From: the human T2T-CHM13v2.0 reference genome, Homo sapiens
Direction: 5' to 3' (one strand)
Length of the DNA stretch: 64,000 bases
Assembly (NCBI RefSeq): GCF_009914755.1
Contig: NC_060931.1
Every line of letters begins with the position of its first letter. The stretch's first letter is position 1. Of this stretch, positions 1-17,745 are shown piece by piece. Under the pieces are notes generated by a model. The model saw nothing but the letters and a program-made list of their open reading frames with translations, made no database searches and had not been told where the DNA came from. A program made the position numbers and the translations under genes.

Positions 1-9
1 GGCATGAAC

Positions 10-120
10 AGGCTCTGTGACCTTAGGCAAGTTGCTTAACTTTTCTGAACTTGGTTTTCTCATTTGTAAAATAAAAGAAGTTGAACTATGATCCCCAAGG
101 CCCCATTTGCTTAACAGTGC
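10..120 (+). mobile_element. MIR/MIR3 SINE fragment
   Basis: MIR core-like TGTGACCTTAGGCAAGTTGCTTAAC...TTTTCTCATTTGTAAAAT. Confidence 0.7.
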
Positions 121-329
121 TGATTCTTAACTACAGTAGCAATAAGATCATCAAAAAAATTCACTTCCCAATCCCTGTCACCAAGTTCATATGCAGAGAG
201 ACAGAGGGGCTTAGGAGAAAACTGCAACCTAGTAACCAAGGAAACATGAAAATTTTAACAGTGAAAGACATCCTGTGTAGCAAATTCTACAAAGTGAACC
301 AGGAAAATAGAATTAAGGATGAAGAAATA

Positions 330-641
<312 letters not shown>

Positions 642-2009
642 TCAGAAACTCTCCTCTACTCCCCAACTTACCCTCAAAAATCAAATTGTAGGTTTCCCCA
701 CAGATCTCTGGAAAAAAATGCTTGATAGTTCTCTGGGGTAAACCCTTCTATTTGATCTAAGATTCAGGTAGTGTTAACTTTTGCTTCAAATGCCTTAGTC
801 AAGATTGCTTTTACTGTTAGAAAAATCCTAACTCCTTACATACTGATTATATGCAATCTAGGTAAGTCAAGCCTTCTGCCCTGTCTGCCATTCAGAAGTC
901 TCTTTCATGTATGTAGCTGAATAGTAATCTCATAAAATAATATTGGAATGAATAAAGACCCAGATGTCTCAGGTCATTCCATCCACGCAGTTTCCTCTTT
1001 CTCCTTCCTATATTTACATATTAATTTTAAGTCACAGGTGAAAATTAAAGCTTGCTGTCTCTCAGTCTCTCTTTGATATTGCAAAGAAATGTTACAAAGC
1101 TTCCTAAGGGAAGGTTTCTTGCAGGAAATAGTGACTCCCAGTATGATTAGTCCCCAAATCTGCCTGCTAGGCTGAGTGAAGAGGACTGAAATGCTCTGTG
1201 GGTCACAAGGTCATAAACCTCAGGAATCTGGCCACACTGTCAGGCATTCTCCGCCAAGGACTGGGGGATGTGGGTTCCTATTAGAAGCCAGGTCACCACC
1301 AGCTGAAATTGAAACATACATCATAGTCACATCCTGTTTAAGTGAAAACTAACTTCTATTTCCTGGAATTGCTTTTTGTCTGAGGAGAGGGAGTGATTGG
1401 GGTGTAGTTAAGGGTAGCTAAGGTGCATGTCATCCCTTGGAATGGGAAGCACGCAGGTTAACGGGGGATGTGGGGACTGCCCTGGAGCATCTTGTCTCTC
1501 AGCCATCTCTAGCTCACGTCTCACCCTCCCTTGTTCACCTCTCCCAAGTTCTCGAGTGAGCATTCTGGGCACAGGGAGGTCAAGAGGAAAATGGGGGAAA
1601 GTAGTGGGAAGGGTAAGTGAGATGAGAGATGGTAATGATAGAGATCAAATCCTTTTTAGGCCTCCTGTCCCTTGTTTTTCCATCTTGGAGATAGGCTCAA
1701 GCTCCGAAATTGAGGGCTACAAGAGCAATAGAGAGAAGCTTTGCTTTCATGGCTGGCACAAAATATGAACCACAAGTTAGAATATCTCCTATTTGAGCAT
1801 TTATCTGGAATGAGCTCTGAATCCCAGAGGAGGAGTTTCTCCTCCAAGATACAAGTCCTGAACTGGCTCAGAAAGAGAAGCACCCTCTAACGAGTTGGTG
1901 GGATAAGCTTTGCGCTGTTTGTGATCAGCCACTCCCCGTACTGCCCACAGGCTGGCCCGCCCGTCCCAACCTTGCTATCACCCTGTGGAATGCCAATTCT
2001 AAGAGGCAC

Positions 2010-2135
2010 TTGTATAGAGGGCTTATTAAAACACTGATTGCTAGGCTCCACCCCACAGCTTCTGATTTGCGTCTCTAACAAGTTCCCACGTGATGCTGAT
2101 GTTGATGATGCTGAACCACACTTGAGAACCACTAG
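2010..2135. mobile_element. MER5-type hAT MITE
   Basis: ...TCTAACAAGTTCCCACGTGATGCTGAT...CCACACTTGAGAACCACT, MER5A-like end. Confidence 0.65.
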
Positions 2136-2848
2136 CCCAGCACATCGTAGGCATTTAACCAACATTTGTCGTTCATTTCACAATGGGAAGTCAAGGATGA
2201 GTGCTGCGGAACTGAAGAAGATAGGAACCATCTCATTCTGGATCTCTGAGTTTAGAAGTATTTGTTGCATGTTTCCTGCTTCCCACACTGTTCATGCAAT
2301 TTTAGCAATTTTCAGGAAACAGCTGTTGCTTTCCACCTTGAGAGACAATGAAAACTTAATAATAGGTAAAACGACATTTTGGAAGAAACTGACGTACCTT
2401 ATATATCTGGGACAGCCTCGCCTCTTACATAATTAACGGTAGACATTGTAGGGATTATGTAAATTGACTTGATTTTCTTTTAAATCTTTAGGAAGACTTA
2501 TCAATTAAAGAAGTCTAAGTGACTTGCCAGGCTTTACACAAAAACCTTTTTTTGGTCATAAGCAAACATTTCTCACCTGAAAATTTTTTTTCTAACTCAA
2601 GTGATCAATTTTGATCATGAGTCAGAAAAATATTGGGGCAATGTGGGGTTTAGGATTGCTGCTTACTTCACGCCATTTCTTCAGCTCATCTCCTTTAGCT
2701 TCAAGGCTGAACACAAATGAGTTAAAAGGAAATGGATTACTTAAAACCTACATTTGTGGCTCATTTTCCATTCACCAAACTCTCTCCTCCTTCCTCTCAG
2801 ACATACACACTTTGGGAAAACCTCACAGAGCATGAAGAGCCAGCTTTT

Positions 2849-3157
2849 TTTGTTTTGTTTTGTTTTGTTTTTGAAAACAGTCTTGCTCTGTCACCCAGGC
2901 TGGAGTGCAGTGCAGTGGCGGGATCTCAGCTCACGGCAACATCTGCCTCTGAGGTTCAAATGATTCTTGTGCCTCAGTCTCCCCAGTAGCTGGGATTACG
3001 GGCGCACCCCACCAGGCCCGGCTAATTTTTGTATTTTTAGTAGAGATGGGGTTTTGCCATGTTGGCCAGGCTGATCTCAAACTCCTGGCTTCAAGTGATC
3101 TGCCTGCCTCGGCCTCCCAAAATGCTGGGATTACAGGCCTGAGCCACCGCGCCCGGC
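2849..3157 (-). mobile_element. Alu, AluS-like
   Basis: Antisense dimer; TSD AGAGCCAGCTTTT at 2836 and 3158. Confidence 0.95.
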
Positions 3158-4423
3158 AGAGCCAGCTTTTATTTAATGAAACTGAATAATGCGTATTCAT
3201 CAATATATCGATAACTGGAATTAAGATTTGCAAGGACCACTGCAACGACAATATATATTCTTGCAACTATACTTCTCCTTGCTCAAAAAGCTTTATAGGC
3301 TTTCAAAATGAATGCCTGTAACATCCCTCTGAGGTAAATGAGGAGCAGGTGTAATTATCTTCTCTTCACAGATGGACAGGCAGACACAAAGGAATGGACT
3401 GAATCAGCCAGGAAGGGAATCAAGCTAAGGACCTAAATAATTCTAATACAATCTGCCTGTCTTGTCAGTGCTGCTTTCCTTCGATGCATGAAAATCTGTA
3501 TTGTGGGAAACTCTGAAGGTATTGTTTTTGTATTCTTTAGTGATGTAAGAAACAAAACTCCGCACAGACACCTAAAGAGAGGAAGTGATGGGACTGGTAA
3601 ATATGGGTGGCAGCAGGGCAAGTCTATAAAAATCAAATTTAATTTTGCTGGATAATATGATCAAGGCCCTTCAATGCTGGATTCCATCAGCATCTGATCA
3701 GCCAGTAGCATGCTGCTATTTACATAAAAGCACGCAGAGAAGGGGTAATATTAAACTAATAGACATTATCGTATGGCTACAAACCTCTAAAAGTATTCAA
3801 CATTTGGGAAGTACTAAGCAACTGGAAATTTTTTCAATGACAATAGTTTTCGGTGCAACAGGCTTAGAAATCTACTGTCTCTGGCCAGAAGCCAGATTGC
3901 TGACACAAAACAGCAGAGCCACAGACCCCAGGGAGAGGAGAATAACAGTAGCCCCAAAACTGGCACTACTAACCCTGTTTCATATTATGCTGTTTTGTTA
4001 AGAAGAAATTCATACTACAAAAACAGGGTCGTTTAGGAATTATACGTTTTAATGATCTCACCTTTTAAGCAATGGACACATTGACAGGATCATCAACCAG
4101 AAGGCCTGGAAGAGTCTCCACTCTGCTGCCTTCCGCGTGGCCCCTCCGCATACCCCAGCATCTGAGGTCATCTGGCAGCAAAATCCCCAGCTTACCAGAG
4201 ACCTCATTATTCCTGTCCCTCAGACACAGTTACCTCCTCAAGGCCAGCGACCTCCATGAAAGCTCTCCTGCCCAGATGCCTCCATCCCAGAGGTCGTGAG
4301 ACTGCAGGAAATGAAAGGCTGCAGCAGGGAGAGGCCTCAAACTACAATGGTTTGGGGTTTTCCTTTTCTATAATACTGTTCTTTACCAAGTGGAGTACAT
4401 TTTGAAGTGCAGAATTCAATTCA

Positions 4424-4815
<392 letters not shown>

Positions 4816-5443
4816 AGTATTACCCTTAAAATTCAAACAATAAAAATAAAGGAAGGGTCTTATCTATACAGTTCCTTCTAATATTTTGAGGTGGATAAGG
4901 TAACATAATACATATACAACTACCTACAAAGACTGATTATGTAAAGATATAAATAGGTATTTAAAGGGAGAGTTACAGTTCTAATAAAATAAAACTTACA
5001 GCTTAATCAAACACATCTGATGTTATACTTAGTTGTTGTGTTACATGGTAAGAAGATACAGCAGTAAGGAGATCACTGAAATGACTGGAATTAGGGCTGT
5101 TTTACACTGCCTTAGGTTTTTTCAGGAGTTTTGTTGTTGTTGTTACCTTGATAGTTGAGAATCTTTACACCAGCAATATTATTAGTCCATCAATCAATAT
5201 TACCAGCTTTCCATAATACCATAAATTTTTTTGATGATCATCATTCACACAGATGTATTCACATTGGGGGGGAAGAAAACAGGGCTGAATCCAATTTCTT
5301 CTTACCCAGAGATTTCCTTGTTCCTCCCCCACAACTTCTGTCCATGTACCTCATGGGTCTTCATTCTGCCAGCTCTCACTATGTACATTAGCAATTTTTC
5401 TTAAAGTTGTCAGGTCAAAAAAAAATCATCTAAAGAAAAAACA

Positions 5444-5782
<339 letters not shown>

Positions 5783-6689
5783 TCAATTAGCTAAATCAGA
5801 ATATCCAAGGGAAAAGCTTAGAGAATCTGTATATTTAACAAGCAGCACAGGTAATTCTTATTAAGTGAGTTCAGGCAATACCGTACTATAGGGTCCGTAT
5901 TTTCTGAGTCAAAATCAGAGCTCGCGTATTTTTTTTAACTAGTTAGTGAACTTATTTACAAAACAATCTCCTAAGATATACTTACCTCAAATACTTTTAT
6001 AAATAAGATGGAATACAAATAAATGGTTTAAAGATAATAGATATTAAATTGCATTTTGGCATATTTTATAAAACTTCTTTTTTTTTTCCCAAAAGAAGAA
6101 GATGGCTTTACCTGAAATGAGAACCATCTTGAATGTATAGCCCCTTTCTGGCCAGGAGTTCTGAAGTGGCGGGGATCAATGCTCAGAACTCCCCAGGGGA
6201 GCTGGGTACTAGTAGGTGAGACAGTCAATCCTGAGCAAGGGGGTGCGGGGCGGGGAGCGTGACGGGGAAGAGCAGGCCAAAACGGTGGCACAGAAAAAAG
6301 GAAAGGAGAATAAAAACAGATTGGATCCCAGACATCTGAGAGGGAAAGGGATAAAACATGTCAAAATTAAGGAAGGGGCTAAGACTGTGTTGGTGGTGCT
6401 GCAATCACCACTAGGTATTCACCACCTTCCACAGAATATACACTCTGAAGCTGTGACTACTGTCATTTATCCAGTATACCCTTTGGATACAAAATAGGGT
6501 TAGAGAAGACAAACACCATGTCTTCAGTTTCTTAAGTTCCTTCTCTAAAAACAACCAAAGAAGATTTATTTTTAAAGTCACCTAAGATATAATTGGCTGT
6601 AAAAACAGCAAGATGGACTATGCCCAAAGAAATATACATTCCCCTAGGAAGGAAGAAAGTATTATTTATTATGTACTTGTTCTATGTTA

Positions 6690-6880
6690 AATACTGTGGA
6701 AGGTACTCTGATGTGTGGGTCTGATATTCATTCCACAAATTCTTCTCAAGGATCTGTCAGGTGCTAAGCACTGGTTTAGGAGCTAAGAATATAGAACAAA
6801 AAAAGGATGGTCTGTGCCTTCATGAAACTTACAATCTAGGGAAGACAGACATTTAAAATAAACATATATGAGATCTCAAG
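6690..6880. mobile_element. L2 3' end fragment
   Basis: ATTCATTCCACAAAT...GTGCTAAGCACTGG...GCCTTCATGAAACTTACAATCTAG, L2 3' pattern. Confidence 0.6.
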
Positions 6881-8289
6881 CGGCAATAAAAAATAAAAAT
6901 AACTAACATAAACACATAAATGTGAGTGGTGTGGTGGGTTTAAAATGTATGGCCATATCCCAGATGTGCTGGAATATACTTTTAACTTTTCTGATGGCAT
7001 TCAACTTAACTCTTGCATCCCCTTTCTGCTAATGAAAGGAAAATTAACTCAGTCTTGTCATTTGAAGATAACTTAGCCTCTTTCAGTATAAAATGAGTAA
7101 GTATTCAAAGTTCTCCTCTTCCTTCTTCTGTTTCCCTTTTTCGGGAGGATGGCCCAATTTCCTCTAGAAAGCCTTAACTATCCTCCAGCGTCAGGGCACA
7201 AGGGGCTTCTATGGTGTGGTTGTCCACATGGCCCTTGCTGGGTCACATACGTGCATCAGCTGAGGTGCAGTTTATCACAAGTGGTATCTGGCATTCATTG
7301 CTGGTGTTCATGGTCCCTGCCATTGCTTCCAGCCCCAAAGTCCACACACGCCATCTTTCCTCGTTCCATGGACACCTTGGCATTTTTCCACTACCCTCAA
7401 ATCCCTCAGGACTCAGAACCTTTCAACAATTTCCCCACACTATCCTGGAATGTGCAGGGTTCTGTAACGCTGTCCTCGGCCCATCTGCATTTCAAACTTG
7501 AGATGTTCCTAAATAAGTGCGGTTATTACAGTTACCTCCTTTGGTTTTGCCCCAACAGGAAACAGGGTGCTGGGGGCTTCTCTTCAGTATCTACTAGCAT
7601 CTGTACTCTCACCTTTTCTGAATCTCTTCTTCCTATCTATTTGGAGGACTGACCACACTGTTAATACAACAAGCCTATGAAATGAAGAAATAGCCCAAAC
7701 CTCAGTTAAGGGTGAGAATCAAGTAAAGAACGGCATACATATGGGATAACCTTTGCCCAGGAACCTAGTTCTTCTTCCCAGGGGAGGAGAAAAGGGGAAG
7801 GAAGAATTGAATTTGACTTGGTGCTTAGTCACAAGAGAAAAAGTTCCCATCTGGAAATGAATATCACAAATTGTCAAATGTATATTTTCCTATTCCCAGC
7901 TGGAAACCATGCTTGTGGTTTTATACAGAACTCCCTTGTGCTCAAAGTTACATTCATGCACTCCTGACTTTTCTAACTATAAAAATGTCAAAGTCTGCTA
8001 CAGTTTCATCCTGACAATTGCTGGGAAGGAAAAGTAGCGGGTATTCTGAAAAGATACAGCAAGAGGTCCAATTTAGATTAGAGAACAGGAAGGGATTGGG
8101 GCAAGAGAGACAAACTTTCTCAGCCTGATAGCAGCTAACCAGTCACAGCGCCCACAGGCAGCTGGGATCCACCAGAAATGCTGGTTTCTCTGACTTCCAG
8201 TTGTTATCATTAGTGTCCAAAATTAACCAGCAAAATTAAATGAAATCTGATAATAATATGCATGAACATTTCCTTTAATGTTTCAAGCT

Positions 8290-9690
<1,401 letters not shown>

Positions 9691-10049
9691 CAAAAATAAA
9701 ATCTGCCTTGTAATTCTCCTCTTCATACATGACTATGTGAACAGACAAGTACCACCAGGCACAGTGTGTCAGTGGAAAATAGTTGTCATTTTTCTTTATG
9801 ACTGTGTATTAATATATACACACATATGCATTTAGTCTTACATACACTTACTGCCTGTCATCAGTCCAGTGTCATTCAACGGACCTAGGTTCCTGGGTTC
9901 CACTTTGCTGCTTCCATATTTGTGTGTCTTCAAGCATGTAGTTCATGTTTCTCACTTTGAACTCCAAATGGTGACGTTGTTGCTTTTAGGGTGGTATTGG
10001 GAGAACTGGTGATGGAACATTTAAAATAGTTTAGCATTATGCAGTATAA

Positions 10050-10240
10050 TAGAAGGATGTTAGGGACTAGGGCTGGTTTAAGATCTGTTATTAGTCCTGG
10101 CTCAGCCATTGGTCGGTCATGTGAAGGTGCAAGTTGGACAGCTCCTTTAACTTGGTTAGTTCTCAGTTTCTTCACCTGTAAATAAAGTGCTGAGCCTGCT
10201 CTCCAAGGTGCTTTAGGCTCCAGTACTCCATGATTCATTA
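10050..10240 (+). mobile_element. MIR3/MIR fragment
   Basis: TAGTCCTGGCTCAGCCA...CTCAGTTTCTTCACCTGTAAA. Confidence 0.6.
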
Positions 10241-10907
10241 AATTTTATTACAGAATATTATAAAAGCTTATCATATAAAATATATTGCTTTTTTGCTCAT
10301 AAAGGAGAGCATGGTATATACATATATATAGATAGATAGATAGCCTGAACAGCATAAGTTAAATATATTCTTTTTTTGTTTTTGTTTTGGTAGAAAGTGA
10401 TTCTTAGTCTTCTATAAATAAAGAAAACAGAATAAATAATATTTAGCAGCAAATGACAATAAAAGTTAAGTTCATATCACACTGTAAGCTAATCAGGGTT
10501 ATGACTAGGGTTTCAAGACTGTGAAATTATATGGGAACATAGAAATTAAATTACTCTTATTAATATCCATAAACACTAGAAAAAGTTCAAGGAAACATTT
10601 TTTAAAATAAACTAACAACATAATGGTTAAAACTGAAAGAAATGATGATAGCAGCATTAACAATATTAATAATTGTGGTAGCAAATTTTTATTTCACTCT
10701 TGCTGTAATATAGTAAGCACTATTTTAAGCAGTTTGCATACATTCAACTTGTTTAATTTTCATAACGATCTTAGGAGTGGTTATTATTATTTTCCTCATC
10801 TCTAAAGTGACGACCCTTGCCCAAAGTTATAGAGTCGGTTTACCTGCAGGGTGTTCTGTGAGTATCAGATAATATTTGTGAAATAGTGTATATGAAAATG
10901 CTTTGTA

Positions 10908-11078
10908 AGCTGGACATGGTGGCATGTGCCTGTAGTCCCAGCTTCTTGGGAGGCTAAGGCAGGAGGATCACTTGAGGCCAGGAGTTTGAGGCCGTCATGA
11001 GCTATGATCGAATCTGTGAATGGCCACTGCAATCCAGCCTAGGCAACATAGCAAGACCATGTCCCTTAAAAAAAAAAA
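10908..11078 (+). mobile_element. Free Alu monomer (FRAM/FAM-like)
   Basis: Single right-arm-type monomer with A tail, flanked by TSD AAAATGCTTTGTAA. Confidence 0.85.
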
Positions 11079-11229
11079 TGCTTTGTAAAGTGTTAAATGC
11101 CAAAGTGTTAATTATCATTATTAGAATTAGAGGGAAGTTTAAATGTTTTAAATATGTTTAATAATGTAAGAAGAAAAAATAAAATATTTTTAAAACATTG
11201 GAAAATCTCATTGCAAAAAGAGACAAGAC

Positions 11230-12320
11230 ATGCCTAATGAAATAATAGACTAGGCAATGATCATCAATGGCAGCCAAGGCAACTAGGCGAAAAGCCAAAG
11301 GCAAATTTTATAATGAATGCATCTGGTAAAAACTCTTAAACCTACTAATAAATGTTAACATCAAAAAGAGAGATAACCAGACATTATGCCTTCTGGTGGA
11401 GATACACAACCCCACCCTTTGATGAAAAACCAAAACCTGAATCTGATCAAGATCCTAGACCTATCTCTAGTTTGCAGGAAATACTGGGGACAGAAGTACA
11501 TGAAACTGTTGCACAAACCAGAAGAATAGAATCAGCCAAATCCAGAGAATGAGAATCATTATAGGACAAATGTCCTTGTTTCTTCAACAAATAAATTCCA
11601 AGGGGGAAAAAAGGAGCAGAGAAAAGACTTGTTGTTTTAAAAATATTTAAGAGGAATGTCTAAAATGTATTGTGTGTATCCCTTGTTTGTATCTTTTCAT
11701 TTTTAAGTTCTTAATGGTGTTTTCTGAGTATTGTAAACCACTTTATTGGGGGTATGATTGGCATATGAAATGCTGTACATAATTAACGTATATACCTTGA
11801 TGAGCCTGGAGATAAGTACACATCTGTGAAACCATCACCACAACCTATGCCATACATATATCCATCACCTCCAAAAGTTTCCTCCTGCCTTCTTTATTTA
11901 TTTATTTAGAGTGTGTGAGTGTGTGTGTGTGTGTGTGATAAAAACACGTAGACTTGTTTGGATCTTGATTTGAACAAACCAATTGTTTAAAAAACTATGG
12001 GAAATTTAAGTACTAACTGGATTATTTAGTGATACTAAGGAATTATTGTTATTTTAAAATGAGATATAGCATTGTGGGGTATTTTTGGACAAGGCCTTAC
12101 CTTGTCCAAAGGTCTGGTGTTACAGACATATTTACATATGAAATAATATATTTGTGTTTAGCTTCAAGAAATTTAGTGTGGGAGGGAAGTGAGTATATAG
12201 ATTTTAAAAGACTGGGCATGGGCCAATTATTGTTAAAGCTAGGTAATATGTACATGAGATTTCATTATAATACCCTGTCCATTTTCATATATATGTTAAT
12301 TTTTCTATAATAAAAAGACA
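11230..12320 (+). mobile_element. Old L1 (L1MC-like) 3' region with an antisense L1MA/MB-like insert (about 11695-11952) and (GT)n
   Basis: CAGCCAAATCCAGAGAATGAG...TCTTCAACAAATAAAT; insert flanked by CTTGTTTGTATCTT/CTTGTTTGGATCTT. Confidence 0.6.
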
Positions 12321-12739
12321 AGAATATAAAGACAAACAAGATGAAATGGTTAAAAATAGTCCATAGAAGCAGAAAATAATATTATTATTTTGAAATTGAA
12401 GATACTGCAGCTAAATTTCACTTTCTGTAGGTGAAGTGAGAAATTGCATTGCAAAGTACTGTTTTAAAAAAGACAGAACCATTAGGGATTTGTCAACTTT
12501 GTTTCCCTTTCTGTGTTTAATTTAGGAATTAAGAATTTTTTTAAAAAGTCTACATAAATCTATTATTTAACAAAGACATTTCCTGAGCACACACTAAATG
12601 CCAGACTCTTGTCTTACTGTATATATTTGAGGAATTTTAGTTACAGTGTGAAATCCAGCTGGAGATGCCAAGACAACACCCACAAAGCAATTAGAAATCA
12701 GAACAGGACAACATTGTAACAAAGCTAGATACTCCCCAG

Positions 12740-13150
12740 ATTTGTGCTTCTCTTCCATAGAGAAGAGTAGTTCCAGGGATATAGACACCCAGCCAGGGGG
12801 TACATTTCCCAGCACAAGGTGGAGCCCTGTGCCTAGTTCTCACCAGCGGAAGTGTTATGACATGCCACTTCTGGACGGAGGTGGCAAAGAAGCAGATAGA
12901 CTGTCCCTTCTTTCCAACATTCAGCAAATACCAATGCCTGAGGCAACTCTGGGAGCTTTGTGTTGAAGATGGCAAAGCCTCCATCACCCTGAGTCTCTAA
13001 ACGGCTGCAAAAAGCACAGCGCTCCTTTTCCCCATCCCTGCCCCCAAAGCATCATGAATTATACACTCTCACCTATGATCAGCAAGTATAACTTCTACGG
13101 TGTTGGGCCACTGAGATTTTGGAGTTTTATCTCTTATAGAGGTTAGTTCA
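12740..13150 (+). mobile_element. MaLR LTR (MLT1J-like)
   Basis: TACATTTCCCAGC...GTTGAAGATGGCAAAGCC...GCCACTGAGATTTTGGAG. Confidence 0.6.
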
Positions 13151-13251
13151 TGTATCAATTGCTAAGTGGGATGTTACAGTGTATATTTGGAGATTAAGAA
13201 ATCACTGTAATCACAAAATGTTTCAGGGGGAAGGTGGAGCTTGAGCCGGAA

Positions 13252-13565
13252 TTTTTTTTTTTTTTTTTTTTTTTTTTTGAGACAGGGTCTTGCTCTGTCA
13301 CCCAGGCTGGAGTGCAGTGGTGCAAACTTGGCTCAGCTCACTGCAGCCTCTGCCTTCCGGGTTCAAGCGATTCTCATGCCTCAGCCTCCTGAGTAGCTGG
13401 GACTACAGGCGTGCACCACCATGCTCAGCTAAGTTTTGTATTTTTAGTAGAGACTGGGTTTCGCCATGTTGCCCAGGCCGGTCTCAAACTTCAGACCTCA
13501 AGTGATCTGCCCACCTCAGCCTCCCAAAGTGCTGGGATTACAGGCATGAGCTGGCACCCCTGGCC
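13252..13565 (-). mobile_element. Alu, AluS-like, inside an L2 remnant
   Basis: Antisense dimer; TSD TTGAGC(C/T)GGA. Confidence 0.95.
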
Positions 13566-14485
13566 TTGAGCTGGATTTTGAACAATGAGTTGAAAGTGAC
13601 TAAATGGAGAGGATGGGGAGTGAGTGGGTACCAGGATAAGGAACCAACATAAGAACCACAGCACTAATTCACATGCAGCTAGAGGAGAGTGAGACCATCT
13701 TGATGAGTAGATGCAGTTGGGGAACAAGGGAAATAAGGATGAAGAGGCAGGATGGAATCAGAGCATGGAGATCCTTGATAATTCAGGATCTGATTCAATG
13801 ACGACCACTTCTGAATTAAAAGGATGAAGCTTCTGGAGTAAAAGGATGATTTATGAAAGGTCTGTATTAGCAAAATCAGTGAGACAAAATAAAGGAGATG
13901 GACCGGAGAGAAAAAAGATTAGGCTACATGACTAGCTAAGAGGATGTCGCAGCAATCCAGTTCTGATATAATTAGAGACCACATTGGCAAACTCAGTAGA
14001 AAGGAAGGGTGAATGTAATCATCATCCTAAAGAACAAATCCACAGGGATTGACAGCAGAGAAAAAAACATGAACTCAAACATTTATTAAACCAGAAGTAT
14101 GTCTAGTTCTAACACTCAAAATTGTGAGTTCTATTATTTGGGGTATTATTTAATCTCATTGAGTTTGTGTCTTCTGTCAAATGAGAGGAAAGAACCAAAT
14201 GACCCAAAAGTTCTTTTCACCTGTGAAAGTCTATGGCTGTAAAGTCATGAGTTTAAAAAAAAAAAAAAAAGTAAATGACATATTCAGTAGGAGGAGGCAA
14301 AGAAGGCGGAGTATACTAATGTATGACTGAAACATACTCTATTTGAACTGGAACTGGTCCTCTATACTGGATGTTTGAATTGTTACTAATCTTTTGTATT
14401 ACAAACAATGTAGCAATGAATGATGGGAAAGTACTTTAACTTTCCTAGATTTTCAATTACACCTGGTTTTAAGAACTAAGTCCTG

Positions 14486-14790
14486 GGCTGTGCAAGGTGG
14501 CTCACACGTGTAATCCTAGCACTTTGGGAGACCAAGGCGGGAAGATTGCTTGAGCCCAGGAGTTAAGAGGCCAGCTTGGTTAATACAGTGAGACCCCATC
14601 TCTACAAAAAACACAAAAAATTGGCCAGGCATTATGGCATGTGCCTGTAGCCCCAGCTACCCGGCAGGCTGAGATGGAAGGATCACCTGACCCTGGGAGG
14701 TCGAGGCTGCAGTGAACTGTGATCTGTGGGTGACAGAGTGAGACCCTGTCTCAAAACAAAAATTAAAACTAAAACTAAAAACTAAACCCC
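14486..14790 (+). mobile_element. Alu, AluJ-like, small right-arm deletion
   Basis: Dimer; GTGATCTGTGGGTGACAG lacks the CCACTGCACTCCAGCC segment. Confidence 0.9.
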
Positions 14791-15026
14791 GAATATGATA
14801 ACTTGCCACAACAGTTACACTAGATGCAGTATTAATTCCCTCTTAGAGATGAAGATAACTAAAGATTATTTCCTAATTATAAAGATTTAAAAATGTGAAA
14901 GTATTTGGGGGAAAAAAATGAAGACTTCGCAAATATAAAGTATTAACATCAACTTTGTTATTACCATCAAGCACAGGTAACACTGGCTACTTTTTTCCCT
15001 AGATAACTATGTATAAAGTAGCATTA

Positions 15027-15353
<327 letters not shown>

Positions 15354-15649
15354 TTAGTTTTCTGTTTTACAATTACTCTTAGGCTTGTTTCATTTTGTAT
15401 TACTTTATAAACAGACCCCTAGATGAAACTGTTAGTAAACTAAGAAAGTGAGCACTATTTTCCATCCTGAAAATAACAACTAATAAGGGCAAATAGAAAG
15501 TATAGTCTCTGACACTCAATAGTTTTCTGGTACTCCACCATTGCCTTGCTATGTATCAAAGAAAGATACCACCTAGCCAGTATGTATTTCACAAACTTAT
15601 AAGGATCTTTACACAAGCTATATAGACAGTGCTAGACATGGGTTCGATT

Positions 15650-16883
<1,234 letters not shown>

Positions 16884-16939
16884 TTATACAGATCATATTA
16901 CTTGAAGAGAAAAAAGAGCAATACAAAAATCTAGTTAAA

Positions 16940-17132
16940 GGCCAGGCACGGTGGCTCACACCTATAATCCCAGCACTTTGGGAGGCTGAGGCGGGCAGAT
17001 TGCTTGAGGTCAGGAGTTCAAGACCAGCCTGGCCACATGGTGAAACCTTGTCTGTACTAAAATACAGAAATTTGCCGGGAGTGGTGGCACGCACCTGTAA
17101 TCCCAGCTACTAGGGAGGCTGAGGCAGGAGAA
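16940..17132 (+). mobile_element. Alu, AluS-like, 3'-truncated
   Basis: Ends abruptly at GGCAGGAGAA with no tail. Confidence 0.9.
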
Positions 17133-17745
17133 AATTCCTGTTCTGATCAGGAAATTGTTAGCCATGTAAGCCTTTCCAAGCCTAATAGGCTTCTCTAGGT
17201 CTGGGAGGGACTTGAAAGCAAAATTTAATTTGATTTGAAGTGACCTCATGGAGAGAGAGCTGCAATGAATAATTGTTCTTATGATGCCCAACTAACACTG
17301 GGCTCTTTAAAAATATGCCTGCATTTGTGAGTATCCACTTCTGTGCCTGTTGTTGAGGTCTTTGAGAGGCAGCATTCCAATGGAGTTAGGGCTGTGCAGC
17401 TGCCACTGTGACTAAACAGCAGAGAACACTCCAACGTACAAGGGAGCAATTTCAGGGTCACTCCCCCTCCTCCAAGCAGAATCTTTCCCATTCCCACCCC
17501 CCCAGCCAATCTGAAGTACACATAAACACAAACACATTTGTACACTGGGAGCTCCTGCTGTGTGCTGAGATCTCAGTGTGTGCTGAAAGATCTCCTTCCA
17601 TACTGCAAGTGAAAGCTGTCCCTTTTCCCAGCTACTGAAGGCTACCCCTTACGCTGAGCACAACTTTACAGCAGTATTTCTCTCTCCTCATACAAAAAGT
17701 CCGATAACCAAAAATACATTGAAAGAGAAGAAACTAAAAATCGCC

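Noticed and set aside
7149-7652. 167-aa ORF in non-Alu sequence
   Set aside because: No recognisable domain. The region's - strand end loosely resembles ancient LTR termini, but too weakly to call either way
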